From contig CAVNZM010000014.1 in assembly GCA_963693365.1 (NCBI GenBank), positions 3,162,001 to 3,226,000 on the forward strand: 64,000 nt of DNA, in the 5' to 3' direction. This DNA comes from Amoebidium appalachense. Taxonomy: Eukaryota > Protista > Ichthyosporea. Shown one piece after another: positions 45,118 through 64,000 of the stretch. Made by a program: the position numbers and the translations under genes. Below the pieces are notes generated by a model. The model did no database searches. It was not told where the DNA came from and saw only the letters and a list, made by a program, of their open reading frames with translations. Position 1 is the stretch's first letter; every line of letters starts with the position of its first letter.

Positions 45118-45759
45118 TTAGTTCTTGTGTTTGCAGCAGTAGGCCTCGTTGCAGGGCATGGTGGTGCCGGTGCGGGGCTTGCAGCGGGACTGGGCGTATC
45201 CGTACTTGCACTGCACCTGGCTGTCGCAGGACACAAACGAGGAAGTGGGATTGGGCTTGGGTCCGGCCTTGCAGCAGTACTTGACGCTGCAGGCGTAGTT
45301 GGATCCCTGCCAGGGCTTGCAGCGGTCCTGCGCAAAGCCGTAGGGGCACACCTCGTTGATACCGGCCACATAGCTGGCACAGGACACGAAAGAGGGACCC
45401 TTGGTGGTGGTGGTGGCAGCAGTGGTGGTGGTGCTTGTAGCGTCAGTGGTGGTGGTGGTGGCGGTGGCGGTGGTGGTGGTGGTGGTCGTCGTCGTGGAGT
45501 CAGTTGTGGTTGTGGTGGGGGTGGTGGTGGTGGTGGTGGTGGGGTTAGGCTGGACGCAGCAGAACCTCTCCGTGCAGGGGGTGGTGGAGCCAGGGTAGTG
45601 GGGCTTGCAGCGGGCAATGTTGTTGGGGTTCTTTGCGTCGCGGTTGTACTCCTTGCATGCGACCACCTGGTTGCAGCTCACGAAGGAGCTCTTGGTCTCG
45701 GGGGCGGCGGAGGCAGCGCCGACAACGGCGGCGACGGAGAGAACGGCAAGGAACTTCAT
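45118..45759 (-). CDS. Secreted Cys-rich/Thr-rich protein C, 213 aa: signal peptide, 6-Cys module, Thr stalk, two 6-Cys modules
   Basis: Intact intronless ORF from MKFLAVLSVAAVVGAASA, strong C/G third-position bias, TATAAAA about 60 nt upstream, three FVSC..C..C..C..CC modules. Confidence 0.88.
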   Translation of the reverse strand: MKFLAVLSVAAVVGAASAAPETKSSFVSCNQVVACKEYNRDAKNPNNIARCKPHYPGSTTPCTERFCCVQPNPTTTTTTTPTTTTTDSTTTTTTTTTATATTTTTDATSTTTTAATTTTKGPSFVSCASYVAGINEVCPYGFAQDRCKPWQGSNYACSVKYCCKAGPKPNPTSSFVSCDSQVQCKYGYAQSRCKPRTGTTMPCNEAYCCKHKN

Positions 45760-46834
45760 GTTGAAAGATGGATTGCAAACCAAGGAGGTGAGATGCATTT
45801 TGGTGGTGTGTCACGCGCTTTTATACCACCCTCTCCGACTGTCATGCACATGATTGGGTGGAATCCCGTGCCCGATCAAATCATCAGTTTTAGAACCCTG
45901 AGGCCTGTTTGCTACGGTAGTGGTAACTGTACCCATCCGTCCGTATACTTGATGAACTCACCCATTGACAAAAGAACAAAAGAGCAAAATAGGCTTTCAA
46001 CGAATCACATACATGCTATTTTAACCTAAATGACTGTTAAATCCAAAGGCTATTGGCATCGCTAAGCTTGCTCCTGAACTGTACACGTGTGACAAACTAC
46101 ACCGTCGGAGCTAATCAGAGCTAATCTCGGATCAAGTCAGGTAATAGTATGTGCGAAACATGCTTTTTATTGGCTCAGTTAAATCACCAGTGATTTTGTC
46201 ACAAATATGTTTGTACACGTAAAGGATCGCGATGCTTACATTATCATAAAAGACAGGTTCAAATTGGCCTCTTAAAAACAGTATTAGCGCCATATAACAG
46301 TCATGAGAACTCCTGAACATCCAAAAAAAGGATTAAAAGTGGTTATTACACATGTTTCAAAGTCAAACGCCCGGCCCCCGGGGCGCCAGCCGCCAGCGCG
46401 CCGCGAGTTCCCCCTAAAATACCATAGTAAAATCATCCAATCAGCGGCTTGCATTGGTGTCAACCCATGTGACTGACAAATCATGTGATTGTGCAATGTG
46501 CAGGCCCTGCAGGGTGACCGTGGGATTGCCAACTAATGTTGAGAAAAAGCGCTAACCGGCTTAGGCCCCTAGTTTTTTGGCATAGTAAGCTACTGTAGTA
46601 TAACAGAAGTTATCAAATGTATTTAAGTGACGCATCACGAGTGACAATTAAGAAACCCGCCGCGTTCGATCACATCGGATGGCCGGATTCCCCCAAGTCA
46701 TATGACGTCATGAGATGAGGCCCGGTCCGGACACGTTGACACACGTGGTGACAGGCAGGTGCTATACAAAAACGCCTGACACACCACCAAAAAGCATCTC
46801 ACATTCTCTGGTTTGCAGCCTAAAATCCATCACA

Positions 46835-47476
46835 ATGAAGTTTGTTGCCGTCCTCTCCGTCGCCGCCGTTGTTGGCGCTGCCTCCGCCGCCCCCGAGGCC
46901 AAGAGCTCCTTCGTGAGCTGCAACCAGGTGGTCGCATGCAAGGAATACAACCGCGACGCAAAGAACCTCAACAACATTGCCCGCTGCAAGCCCCACTACC
47001 CTGGCTCCACCACCCCCTGCACGGAGAGGTTCTGCTGCGTCCAGCCTAACCCCACCACCACCACCACCACCACCCCCACCACCAATACAACTGACTCCAC
47101 GACGACGGCCACCACCACTACCACCACCGCCACCTCCACCACCACCACTGACGCTACAAGCACAACCACCACCGCTGCCACCACCACCACCAAGGGTCCC
47201 TCTTTCGTGTCCTGTGCCAGCTATGTGGCCGGTATCAACGAGGTGTGCCCCTACGGCTTTGCGCAGGACCGCTGCAAGCCCTGGCAGGGATCCAACTACG
47301 CCTGCAGCGTCAAGTACTGCTGCAAGGCCGGACCCAAGCCCAGCCCCACTTCCTCGTTCGTGTCCTGCGGCAGCCAGGTGCAGTGCAAGTACGGATATGC
47401 CCAGTCCCGCTGCAAGCCCCGCACCGGCACCACCATGCCCTGCAACGAGGCCTACTGCTGCAAGCACAAGAACTAA
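46835..47476 (+). CDS. Secreted Cys-rich/Thr-rich protein D, 213 aa, inverted near-identical paralogue of C
   Basis: Intact ORF MKFVAVLSVAAVVGAASAAPEAK..CNEAYCCKHKN*, with the same architecture and length as C. Confidence 0.88.
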   Translation: MKFVAVLSVAAVVGAASAAPEAKSSFVSCNQVVACKEYNRDAKNLNNIARCKPHYPGSTTPCTERFCCVQPNPTTTTTTTPTTNTTDSTTTATTTTTTATSTTTTDATSTTTTAATTTTKGPSFVSCASYVAGINEVCPYGFAQDRCKPWQGSNYACSVKYCCKAGPKPSPTSSFVSCGSQVQCKYGYAQSRCKPRTGTTMPCNEAYCCKHKN

Positions 47477-47984
47477 GTATTGATGGCTAACTTAAATTAG
47501 TTAGGAACAGGGTGAACGGTTGCTCGATGTTAGGAATTCATGAGGCTCGCTATTAAAGCAGCACCTTTGATCCTGTCAGTGACCAGATCTGTATAGTTAG
47601 ATGGGTATGTATTCTTTAGTCACCCAAGTTGGCACCAATGCACGCAATTAGATTACAGTGTCCGTAGAAACAAAGAAATAAATAGAGTCGAAATATCCCA
47701 ATCCAAATATTAGCACATTCAGTTGCTGATTAACTTGCGGCAGTTGGGCCTACAGTTGAGTCATGACAATTTTTCGCTCGGTACTTGAAAGGAACATAGC
47801 CCGACTGTGTAAAATTTGGCTTCCAGGCCCCTCTATCATCACATAAATAAATAATTAAAAACCAATCTCTGAGTGCGGCTAGCTCTGTGATCATAAAAAC
47901 ATAATGTGAAACTCGCATGGTATTTTTTATTTTACCTCAAGGCATGATCAGATTTATTATTCTAAAATGTATATTCATTCAGAT

Positions 47985-48063
<79 letters not shown>

Positions 48064-48236
48064 CTGGCTGTCTGATGTATTTTCTTCCGCATGTCACACA
48101 CACACAAGACACACACACACGCCATGACACGCCGTGGCACACACGCGCACACACACACGCGCGCGCGCACATGTGCATACCCCCCCCCCCCCCCCCCCCC
48201 CCCACACACACACACCATCACGTCATACACACACAC

Positions 48237-48394
<158 letters not shown>

Positions 48395-49758
48395 GAAAGC
48401 ACCGCGACCACGACTGCTGTGGGCTCGGACACACACTCATCTGTATTAGGTGACCACCAATGATTTACTAACAACCCTCTCCCCTTCACCTCCTCATTGC
48501 ATTCTTCCCCGCCTTCCACCCCCTCCCCCGCCCTCCCCACCCCCCATTCTCCCCCCCCCAACTCTGCCGCCTCCCCAGAGCATTTTAAGTTATTTCAGTT
48601 ATGGTGTTTTGATCCCGATGAGACACCCGAGGAGTCTTCTAAGGGTCCCTCCTGGGAACCGCCATCTTTCACCAAGCACCGTCTGTACCCTCGCTCGGGT
48701 GCTGACGGTGCATTCAGCTAAGCTGTGCCTCCTCAGGGCAAGGTGGGTGCTCGTGGGAAGGGAGGGGGGCAAAGGAGGCCCCTGGGGTTCGGGAACGATG
48801 GTTTCTTCTCAGGCGGTTAGCTTTTGGGTGTGTGTGTGTGGGGGGGGGGGGGGGGGAGGGGGAGGGGGGGAGAGGGGGCGGGACCCATCACGGGGGGAGA
48901 GGGTTGGGGGGGGGGGGGGGGGGGGGGGGGGACCCGTCATTTCAGTGTCTGTACCTGAGCGGATTGGTTCCCACTTTCTCCCCCCTCCCCCCCCCCCCCC
49001 CCCCCACAAATCCCTCCTTCAACCCCCACCATTCCACACACACATGCACACTCTTTCCCCCAAAGCTTTCAAATTAGAGTTTGAAAATTTTGAATAACTT
49101 TGAAGTTACCCTATTCAAAAGGTAAAAGAAGTTAACAATGCACGCTGGTAGCCAAGTAGAGTAACTTCGTTAACATGGACATCCTTATGACTTGAATAAC
49201 ATTAACATGTATAGCCACCGTGCCACACTGAGCTCAGTACACGATCTATTAGAGATATTGAGTAGCGCCGGAAGTAAAAACCCAAACATTGCACTTTTGA
49301 ATATTCTACACTGTTTACATTATCATCGGAACACATTACACGTGACTATGATGATAGTACCAATGGGTTGTGATTGTTTGGTCAGGCCTAGTATTAAATA
49401 GTTGGGCTCGGGGCCTTAGAAAGTAAATCGTGTTCAAGTGTCTGAGTGATGGTCGTGTATGGTACAACTAGTCTACTAGTGGGTGGGCTATGCCGAGGTT
49501 TAACCCTTTCTGGCCGGGCACCGGTGTGCCTGTGGTATGCAGCACTGCGACACACTTTGGGGAGCACGACTTTAAGCAACGGTGGTGGTTTGTGATCATG
49601 GTAGGAACACCTTTAACAGGGCTACATTCTGGGCAAAAGGCTTAGATAGTTACAGGTGGCACGTGCACGTGGAGCTGACCCCGTTATACTTTGCGGAAAA
49701 TTCTGCTAATAAGTTAGGCTAGCGGTCTGTGTGTGTGTGTGGGGAGGGGGGGGGGAGG

Positions 49759-49832
<74 letters not shown>

Positions 49833-50419
49833 GTGTGTGTGACACTGTGTGTGTGTGTTGGTGTGTGTGTGGTGTGTGTGTGTGTCTGTGTGTGTCTGTG
49901 TGTGTGTGTGTGTGCGCGCGCGCGTGTGTTTTTGTGTTTGTGTGTGTTAACAATCATTTATGTGGAATCGTATGAGAGTTTGAGGGGGTGGGGGGGGGGG
50001 GGGGGGGGGGGGGGGGGAGCGTAGTGGTGGGGTTGAGGGGAGAGAGAGGGGAAATTGCGGGGGAGGGGCCCGGGGGGGGGGGGGGGGGGGGGGGGGCACG
50101 TTACCGTAATTTGTCTGATTACCGTCGAACCTAGTCATTACTTATCCTTCAATAGTATTTCATTCCCCTGCCATTTCCACCCAAATATAGCAGTTGAAGA
50201 ACATAATATTACTCAGTGACGGTACGCAACTATTTCTGCACATATATCATACTGGTCAGGAGTGCCCGCGGCCCTAGTAGTGATTGCCAAGGGGGCGGGG
50301 GGGAAGGGAAAGGCCTCGGGAAGAAAGAAAGCAAAATCCTTTAGTTAGTGGTTGGAAACACTGTTGGTCTAGATGTTTCAGCCTGGCCGAGAATGCTGCC
50401 AGGGTTTTTTTTTTGTTTT

Positions 50420-50485
<66 letters not shown>

Positions 50486-50974
50486 ACCTTTTAGGATATT
50501 TATCTTGTAACGTCTTTTTCTTTAACCTGTGTATAAGTGTTGGGTGGAAGTACTGTTGGCCACACCAAGGTACCGACACATCATCACAGCCGCGGAAACT
50601 AAGGTACATGTCGCTGATAAACAATAAGCAATAACCCCCTCCCTCCCTCCCCTCCCCTTCCCCCCCCACCCCCACCCCACCCCCCCTCCCTCCCTCCCCC
50701 CCGGGGAAGAGTCTTGATACCGGCACCGTGGCCGGCACCCTCATCACAGCCTCAGCTGTGTGTCGGCATGGCCAAGCATGTTATGTGGTCCTGATTTTCA
50801 AATCTGTTTTCAAGTGAGTCAATGGACTCATCACACACATTCTTACTTTTTGTTTGTCTTATAGAAGCTTTTTTTTTTTTTTTTTGGCGCGCTATATTGT
50901 TGGAATGCCTTGTGTTGTGCCTACATGTGGCCTGCATGACAAACTTAAAATCCGGCCTCCGTAAAATGTTGTCA

Positions 50975-51019
<45 letters not shown>

Positions 51020-51573
51020 ACCACCGGCGCCAGCAGCGGAGGATGGGACCGGTATAAATTCTGGGTTAAGTGTGTACTAGTAGTTATGTTTGGTAACTGT
51101 GTGTTAGCTTTTAGTTAGCTGATTGTTCCTCTAGCACCCCAACCACATAGGGTTCTGTCACGGTGTTGTGTGGGAGACGGTACTACTTATGAGAACCCTG
51201 TTCAGGGGTCCTTCCGGGAACAAAACGGGGTAAATTTTTTTTATTAAAAAAAAACCACTGCCACGTCACGGTGAGCACGACGTCTCTGTTTGGTGCCCGT
51301 TGGGTGCATAAGAATGCATACATGGGCAGGCAAGGTTACCGTGAGAAGGGTGGGGGGTGTGGGAAGGGGGAGGCGAGGGGGGGGGGGAGGGGAGGTGGGG
51401 GGTGGAAGGAGGGATAGGGGGAGCCCAGGTGTGGTAAGAATGATGGCTGAGGGCTGGAAACTTAAACGGAGGAGAGACACCAAAGGGCAAACTATTTACA
51501 AAACGTCACAAAAACGAAAACACCAATATGAAGCAATTTAGGCGTGCAGGCAGAAGACACTTGAACAGAGCCT

Positions 51574-51610
<37 letters not shown>

Positions 51611-52260
51611 ATGAGGAGGCGGAGGAGAAGAGGGGGAGGGGGGTGTTACAGAACGAACTAAACATTCATGACGGACAACACAATGTAAAGTGCAAAATGT
51701 GAGCACAGAGAGAGCCTGCACCATACAGAAGGGGCCCAAGTATTTACACTATTCGAGTTTCGACCTGTTCATTTCGTTGCGCTGGGAGGGGGGGAGGGGA
51801 TAACAACAAGCATGGGTCCATTGTGGTTGGTGTGGCAAGTGTAACGTTGGATGGGGCTCAAAACTTGCCCAAAAACCAAGTCAAAGAAATCGAGAGATCT
51901 ACTGATCGGAAAGAAAGAGCCTAAACCACCTTATCTGTTTAACTTACACCGCGGCAACACAGGTCAAAGGAAACAGCCCATCTATGGGTAGAGCACTCAA
52001 TAAATCATCAAAATCGGGTTTTCTTTATTTGTTTGTGCCGACTGTCACCTGACAGGCTCATATATTCAAAGCTTTTCTAACGTTTGAACCAGTGATACGA
52101 AGAACACCGTAAAAGAATAACTGTAGAGACTAACCGCTTTGAGGTTTTTCTGCTTCTCAATGAGATTTTCCATCACATAACATTACTTAATTTTTTGCAA
52201 AAACAGCACTTTCATAAAGGCTAAGTCAGCCAACACAACTCATGAAATTATGATCATCCC

Positions 52261-53239
52261 TTAGATCTGGCCGGCGCTTGGGGGGGGAACAGGGCGAGTG
52301 CGGCCGGGGATCTGGGGCTGGGGACCCTTGGTGTCCTTGTCATTCTTAGACTTGGCAGCCCACGCCTTGGGAGATGAGCCAAGTAGGGTGTGGGAGAACC
52401 ACTGCCACGTCTTTGGGCAGTCAGTGTCCTTGAACTGGGCCTTCTTGTCACTGATGCACTTGCGGCGGCATGACCAGCGATCCTGATCGGTCGTCTTGGG
52501 GTTGCACTCGCCACCACAGAGGTTCTGCACCTCGCGCCAGCACGATGCGGGCTTGCACCCTGCCTCTACGATCTGGTCGACCTTTTGGATGTTCTGCACA
52601 CATTCGCGAATGCACGCGCGGTCGCCCTTGGGATCATCACCGAAGCATGCTGCGCATGTTGCCTTGAAGGCCTTTGCGCAAGTGGGGAGCTGCCCACGAA
52701 GGCCAGCAAGGAGCTGAGCATTGCTGGCAGCAGCTGAACCGACCGGGGCCGAACCGACCGGAGCCGTAGCGACCCGGGGCGAACCGATCGGGCCCGGGGC
52801 TACACGGTTCAGGCCAGTGAGAAGAGGCTTGGTGGCTGGGCGTGCAAGAGGCTTGGTGTCGATGGGGGCGGGGGCTACCACGGGGGCGGCAGGGGCAGGG
52901 GCAGGGTCGACGAGAACGAGAGGCTTGGTCTGGGCCACAGGCAATGGCTCAGAGGCAGCCACGGGAGGAGCAACATCGGCATCGGTGTCATCAACGACAT
53001 CGGCGGGCGCGGGGGCGACGGCATCGACCAGGGGGGCGGCGGGCGCGGCGGCAAGCAGAGGGGCGTCAGCGCCGACGGCGGGGACCGGGGCAACGGCGCG
53101 AGCCAGGGCGACGTCAAGGGGGAGCGGGGGCGGCAGTGTCTGCGCCCACGGCCGGAACACCGGCGGCACCATCTGCATCCTGTGCGTGCACGGAGGCAAG
53201 GGCGGCGACAATAGCGGCGGTGAGTGTGAGGAAACGCAT
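52261..53239 (-). CDS. Secreted Pro/Ala-rich protein with two C-terminal 6-Cys repeats; one apparent +1 frameshift
   Basis: ATG at 53239 (CATCAACATG context) gives signal peptide MRFLTLTAAIVAALASVHA. One extra base in the G5 run at 53118-53122 separates it from the long frame (..APAAPLVDAVAPAP.. CAKAFKATCAACF..CIREC..GC / CWREVQNLCGGEC..CRRKC..DC). Intronless, GC3-rich. Confidence 0.72.
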
Positions 53240-55942
53240 GTTGATGTTTGTTTATATTAGAAGCGAGTATCTGAGGTTTCGCACGGTTTTGACTGACTGG
53301 TGTTGAGTTGAGGAATATTTGCTGTGAGGAGTTTCTGTGCACGCAGCCACCCAGAACTGAGAGTGGCGGCGGGTGCGTTGTGTTTTTGTTTCCTGTGGGA
53401 TCAACATGGAATTCCCGCTTTCTTAGAAGGAATAAATGCAGCCAATAGGAATAGTTAAATTGAAATAGTTTTGAGGATTTGCTCAAATGTGATTAGACTT
53501 TTGGAGGAGTGTATAAATATTTTTAATAGAAAAAGGTACAGGCAGTATTTCTGACAGAAACTTTCGCGTCTTTTGTCCACAACCTTTAGCGAGAAAATTG
53601 CTAAAACACGTGTCATATTTCTTTTATTGTATATAAACCAACTCTTCCTCAAGTACTCCTACTAAATTAGGCCCTGCGTTCATTTGAGTAACTACTTTGT
53701 ATATCGGTTAGGAATTCATGGAATTCGCCCAGTTTTTCCCCCTATTTGATTGTAGATTTTGCGCAGCACGTCCGTGGCTGCCCGACTCAGCAGTGCCGCA
53801 GGTGCCGGTCAGCCGGTTGTCAACAGACACAGCCTGCGTGAATATCAATGGTGAAACTGTCCAGACGAACCACCACCACCGCCCACACAAAGACACTCAC
53901 TCTCTCTTGTGTACACAAACAAATCAATCAGTAAACACACCAACACTCACCGGGTCCCACACACCACGGCCACCGACCCACCCACACAGCTGCAGCACAC
54001 CCAGCAGGGCAGAAAAAACGTCGACGTCTGCGCCGGGCGCATGCATGCGCAGCACTTCCTAGGATTTATTTTCTCACACGGCCAGTGACCTCCACCAGAG
54101 GGTTATGAACTTATTATTATGACAGTACATGTATTTATATCTGTTTTACTGACATCACTGAGTTTCAATGACTGGCTGGCCGCCTGACGCATGACGTCGA
54201 TATGCGTCATGGTGTTAGGTCACATGTTACAATGGTTTCGGGTGACATCCCAAATGTGTGCTTGATTCTGATTGTGCATCAACATGTGACATCGACAAAT
54301 TTTTTAACAATACACGTGGGGAACAACCCCATTGCCCGCCCCTGTTCATTGATTTGGTCAAAGTGCACGTGGTAGGTCTTCTTCTTTTTGTTGCATATGT
54401 GTGTGGGTTGTGTGACACTGTGTGTGTGCGTGTGTGTTTGTGCATGTGTGGGTGATGAAAATGTGCGTTTGAATGCTGTTTCAGTGAGGGGGAGGAATGG
54501 CCGGCACAGGGCACCCTAACTAATTAATTGTATGCATGACGAAGAAAAAGAAGGGAGGGGGGGGGGGGGGGGGGGGGGGGGGAAGGTTCATATTTGGGTT
54601 GGGTTGGTTGGTTGGTTGGTTGGTTTGTTGGTTGCTGGTGGTGGTGTCGAAGTTCGAGGGTAGGTGGAGGTGGTGGTGGTCTGGTGTTGGTGGGAGGGTG
54701 ATCACCCTGAGGCACATATTCCTGTGCGTTCTAGTCCTGCAATCCTGGGCGGTGGTGGGGGTGCCGCTCACCTGTGGGTGTAACAGGTTTTGTGCGACAC
54801 GTGCGTCGGAGTTGGGCCTCCACATACACCCGATCAATTTCTAACGGTATGCATATGGTTGTGCCTGCGGCAGCCACTTGAGGGCCAAGCCTTATGAAAT
54901 GCGAGTGCATGTACGTAAATGTGCGTGTACAGTAGACGTTGAATGTGTGTAGGTGGACGGTGGTGGGTGAGTGGGTGTCTCTTTACTGGGGCAGGGCCCG
55001 GGCATGGGTGTGTGTGTGTGTGTGTGTGTGTGGTGGTGGTGGTGGGGGGGGGGGGGGGGGGGGGAGGGGGGAGGGGGGGGGGGGAGAGGAGGAGGGAGGG
55101 GGGGAGGGGAGGGGGGAGTAAGGAAGAGGGGAGGGCGAGCTCGAGGAAGGGGAGGGAGGGGGTGGGGGGGAAGCTCGAGGGGGGAAAAGGGGGGGGGGGG
55201 GGGGGGAGAGAGAGGAGGTGAAGGCGGGGGGAAAGAGGGGACAGAGGGATTTGAGTTTGCAAGGGAAGGAAAAAACTAATTGCTTCGAATGTACTCGATG
55301 CATGAGTTCAAAACATAGAGAGATGAAATAATTCTGATGCCACGTATATGGTGTTTCCATCCACATAGTTTAATTAATTCGGTCCCGCTATCTCCCATCT
55401 GCATGATGTATACGTAAGTATGGGAGGGGGTATTCAAAGAACTGAAACAATGATTAAGGGGGAATTTACGGTGCTGTTTTTTCAGTTGACATCCATGCTG
55501 TAATGCTATAGTACTATATCTACACAGTATATATAACCAGGGTGTTTTGACGTGTTCGTGTGGCGGTGAGCAAAAAAACCACACTATATAGAGGGTATGT
55601 AATTGATATCGGCCTTTACACCGATTTACAACTTATTCGTGCGGTGGTGGCAAAAAAAACGACGATCATATAGCCGGGTATGGTATTTGTTTACACCGGG
55701 TCTAAAACTCAGCCTATACATCGATTTACTACATCTACAACTTGATGATCAAGAACTCCTTGGTTACAACATGTGAATTATAAACTCCCACGGTATATTC
55801 CTAAAGGGAGATACGATCTAATTAGTATATAACGACACAACCCATGATAAGAGCTTGAACAAACATATTCAACGACAAGCACCCAATCAAATGGAACCAA
55901 AGTCAGTCGGCCGCCCACTTGGGCACCAATCAAACGCATCCG

Positions 55943-61929
<5,987 letters not shown>

Positions 61930-62009
61930 TTTGTCTGTGGAGATTATTGGATTTGTCTGTTATTGGTGAGGGTCACAAAGTTTTGTTTATTTGTTATTGT
62001 TAGGGGGGC

Positions 62010-62192
<183 letters not shown>

Positions 62193-64000
62193 AACGAGGG
62201 TGGGAGGGGGGAGAAGGGGGGGAGGGGGCCCGGGGGGGAGGGGGAGGGGGAGGGGGGAGAAATAGGCGGGGATAGTGGTGGTGTTCGTGGGGGTATGGTG
62301 GTGGTGGGTGGGTGGGTGGACCCCCTAGTGTGTGTGTGTGTGTGTGTGTGTTGTGAAACTTCGGAGAAAATGCGCAATGTGCTTTCCAGTGTTGGCAGTG
62401 CATGGAATGATTGGTTACCAACATTCCCTTGAGCAAAAAGAAATCATACAGCATACATTCCCCCGAGGAAAAAAATCAAGTGAGATTAAAGTAGCCGTAT
62501 GAAGAATGGTTGTGATGAATTTCAAAACGGCAACAGCACCACTCCAGCCCATTTTCATCGCTGTCATATTATTGCGGCAAGGGTATATATGATCAAATCG
62601 TGCATGTACATTCATCACACCATGTCACACATGCGCCACACCTATGAAAGTTTGCTTTGTACCTGGGCGTTCCATTTCTTCTCCCCCCATGTGATAATCA
62701 GAAGCTGGCTTGCATTAACACAAAAAAATGTCTTGTTGCACTCGTGCGGTTTTTCGACTTGGAATGGGGTCACAATTTTATGGTGTATTTGAATTTGCGC
62801 AGTCGCTGAAATCCATGGATTTGTATACATTCACATGCATGCAATGCCGCGGTCTTGGGTTGTGCCCACGGCTCCGCGTATATACTGTAGGAACCTCGGA
62901 AGGTGTTGATCATGATAAACATTAATGACACTAATATTGGTACTGTGTGCATGTGGGAGCAGGGGACTTTGAAAACTGAGTGTGAAGGATTCTAGTTGTG
63001 TATGTGTGCGTTTTCGGAATCATAACACACACTCTGTAATGTGATGCCACACACGGTTTTTGTTCCCCCAGTGTATATACCATGCTACATGAAAGGTTTT
63101 CTAATACTCCCAGGCCATTGAATCGATGCTTCGAAGTGTTCGCTGCAATTCCCAGTCCTCGGCAAAGCCTCCATCCCCCCCCCCCCCCCCCCCCCCCCCC
63201 GTTTCATCTTTTCAGATACGTTTACCGTAGCCCCTCTTTTCTGTTCGAATGGGTAAAAAGGAGAAGGGGTAAGGAGAGGGTGGGGAGAAGGCCTAAAGCA
63301 CTCGTTTTCTTTTGAAATTTACACACCCTCAAGGGTACCACCTACTTTCGTTGAACTTCGCCAAATACGTCGCACTGCAAGACTTGGGGGAGATTGAAGT
63401 TGTGTGTGCACGGGTTCGACACAACAGAAAACATAGGCCGAAAGGGCGAGCAGCTTTTTATAGAAGGGAAGGCCAAGAAATGGCTTGGAGCCGGTGAATG
63501 GTAAGGGCCCCGTTTTGTGGGTGCTCGCTCTTCGGCTTTGCTCTTGGTTCGTGGGTGAGAATCGTGGCGACCAATCAACTGGAACTTCAAATACTTTCAA
63601 GATCTGCTTGAGTCCCCCTCTCTAAATTTTCTCACTAGATTAAAAGTATTCTCGGCTGCACCCAAAAGTTTAAGTAAAGATATATAGTTTTGTAATGTAT
63701 AATATTTACACTTAACTACAATTAGTGTATGGATTGGTTAATAAGGATAACACGGGCACAAATATACTGAATTCATGCGAGACGTTTCATTTCCTACCCA
63801 GGAGAAAAATGTCATGATGGTGTAGGGGGATTCCCTGCCTCTCTGCGTGCTACTGTGGAGCGGCAAAGTGGCTCATAGAGCTTTTAGATTGGCTTACACT
63901 TACTTTTATTCTATTGGTTCATCAAGCACCATAAAAGCACAATAACCATATATGGTATACATCTGGTGTGTCACAGGTAGAGCAGAGTACAGTAGCCGAA

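Noticed and set aside
45127-47483. Long antisense and alternative-frame ORFs over the Cys/Thr genes
   Set aside because: Shadows of GC3-biased, ACC-repeat coding sequence; only the signal-peptide frame conserves the Cys modules across paralogues.

Overview
Intron-rich eukaryotic DNA, saturated with poly-C/poly-G tracts and (CA)n/(GT)n/(CT)n microsatellites. These repeats make almost all of the supplied six-frame ORFs spurious. The gene content (STIM, type-I PKA regulatory subunit, Nhp10-like HMG protein) suggests a unicellular opisthokont/holozoan; this is inference. Manual splicing gives four multi-exon genes: a STIM-family ER Ca2+ sensor (+, 5' end not seen) with an intronic tRNA-Ser(GCT); an INO80/Nhp10-like coiled-coil + HMG-box gene (-); a PKA RI-type subunit (+, 11 exons, divergent from the HMG gene); and a PI-PLC X-domain (PLCXD-like) gene (-). 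Between 39 and 53 kb lies an accessory island of intronless secreted-protein genes. It holds four paralogues of an unrecognised 6-Cys-module/Thr-rich family in two head-to-head inverted pairs, plus a Pro/Ala-rich Cys-repeat secreted protein. One pair is decayed and sits inside a ~4.2 kb foldback palindrome; the other is intact with near-identical CDSs but diverged flanks. Other notable structure: a dispersed, 5'-truncated repeat family embedded in poly-C tracts and sense to its host genes; an array of tRNA T-arm (B-box) repeats; duplicated decoy splice acceptors in three genes; and several TTAA-associated MITEs. All coordinates and similarities were read by eye.
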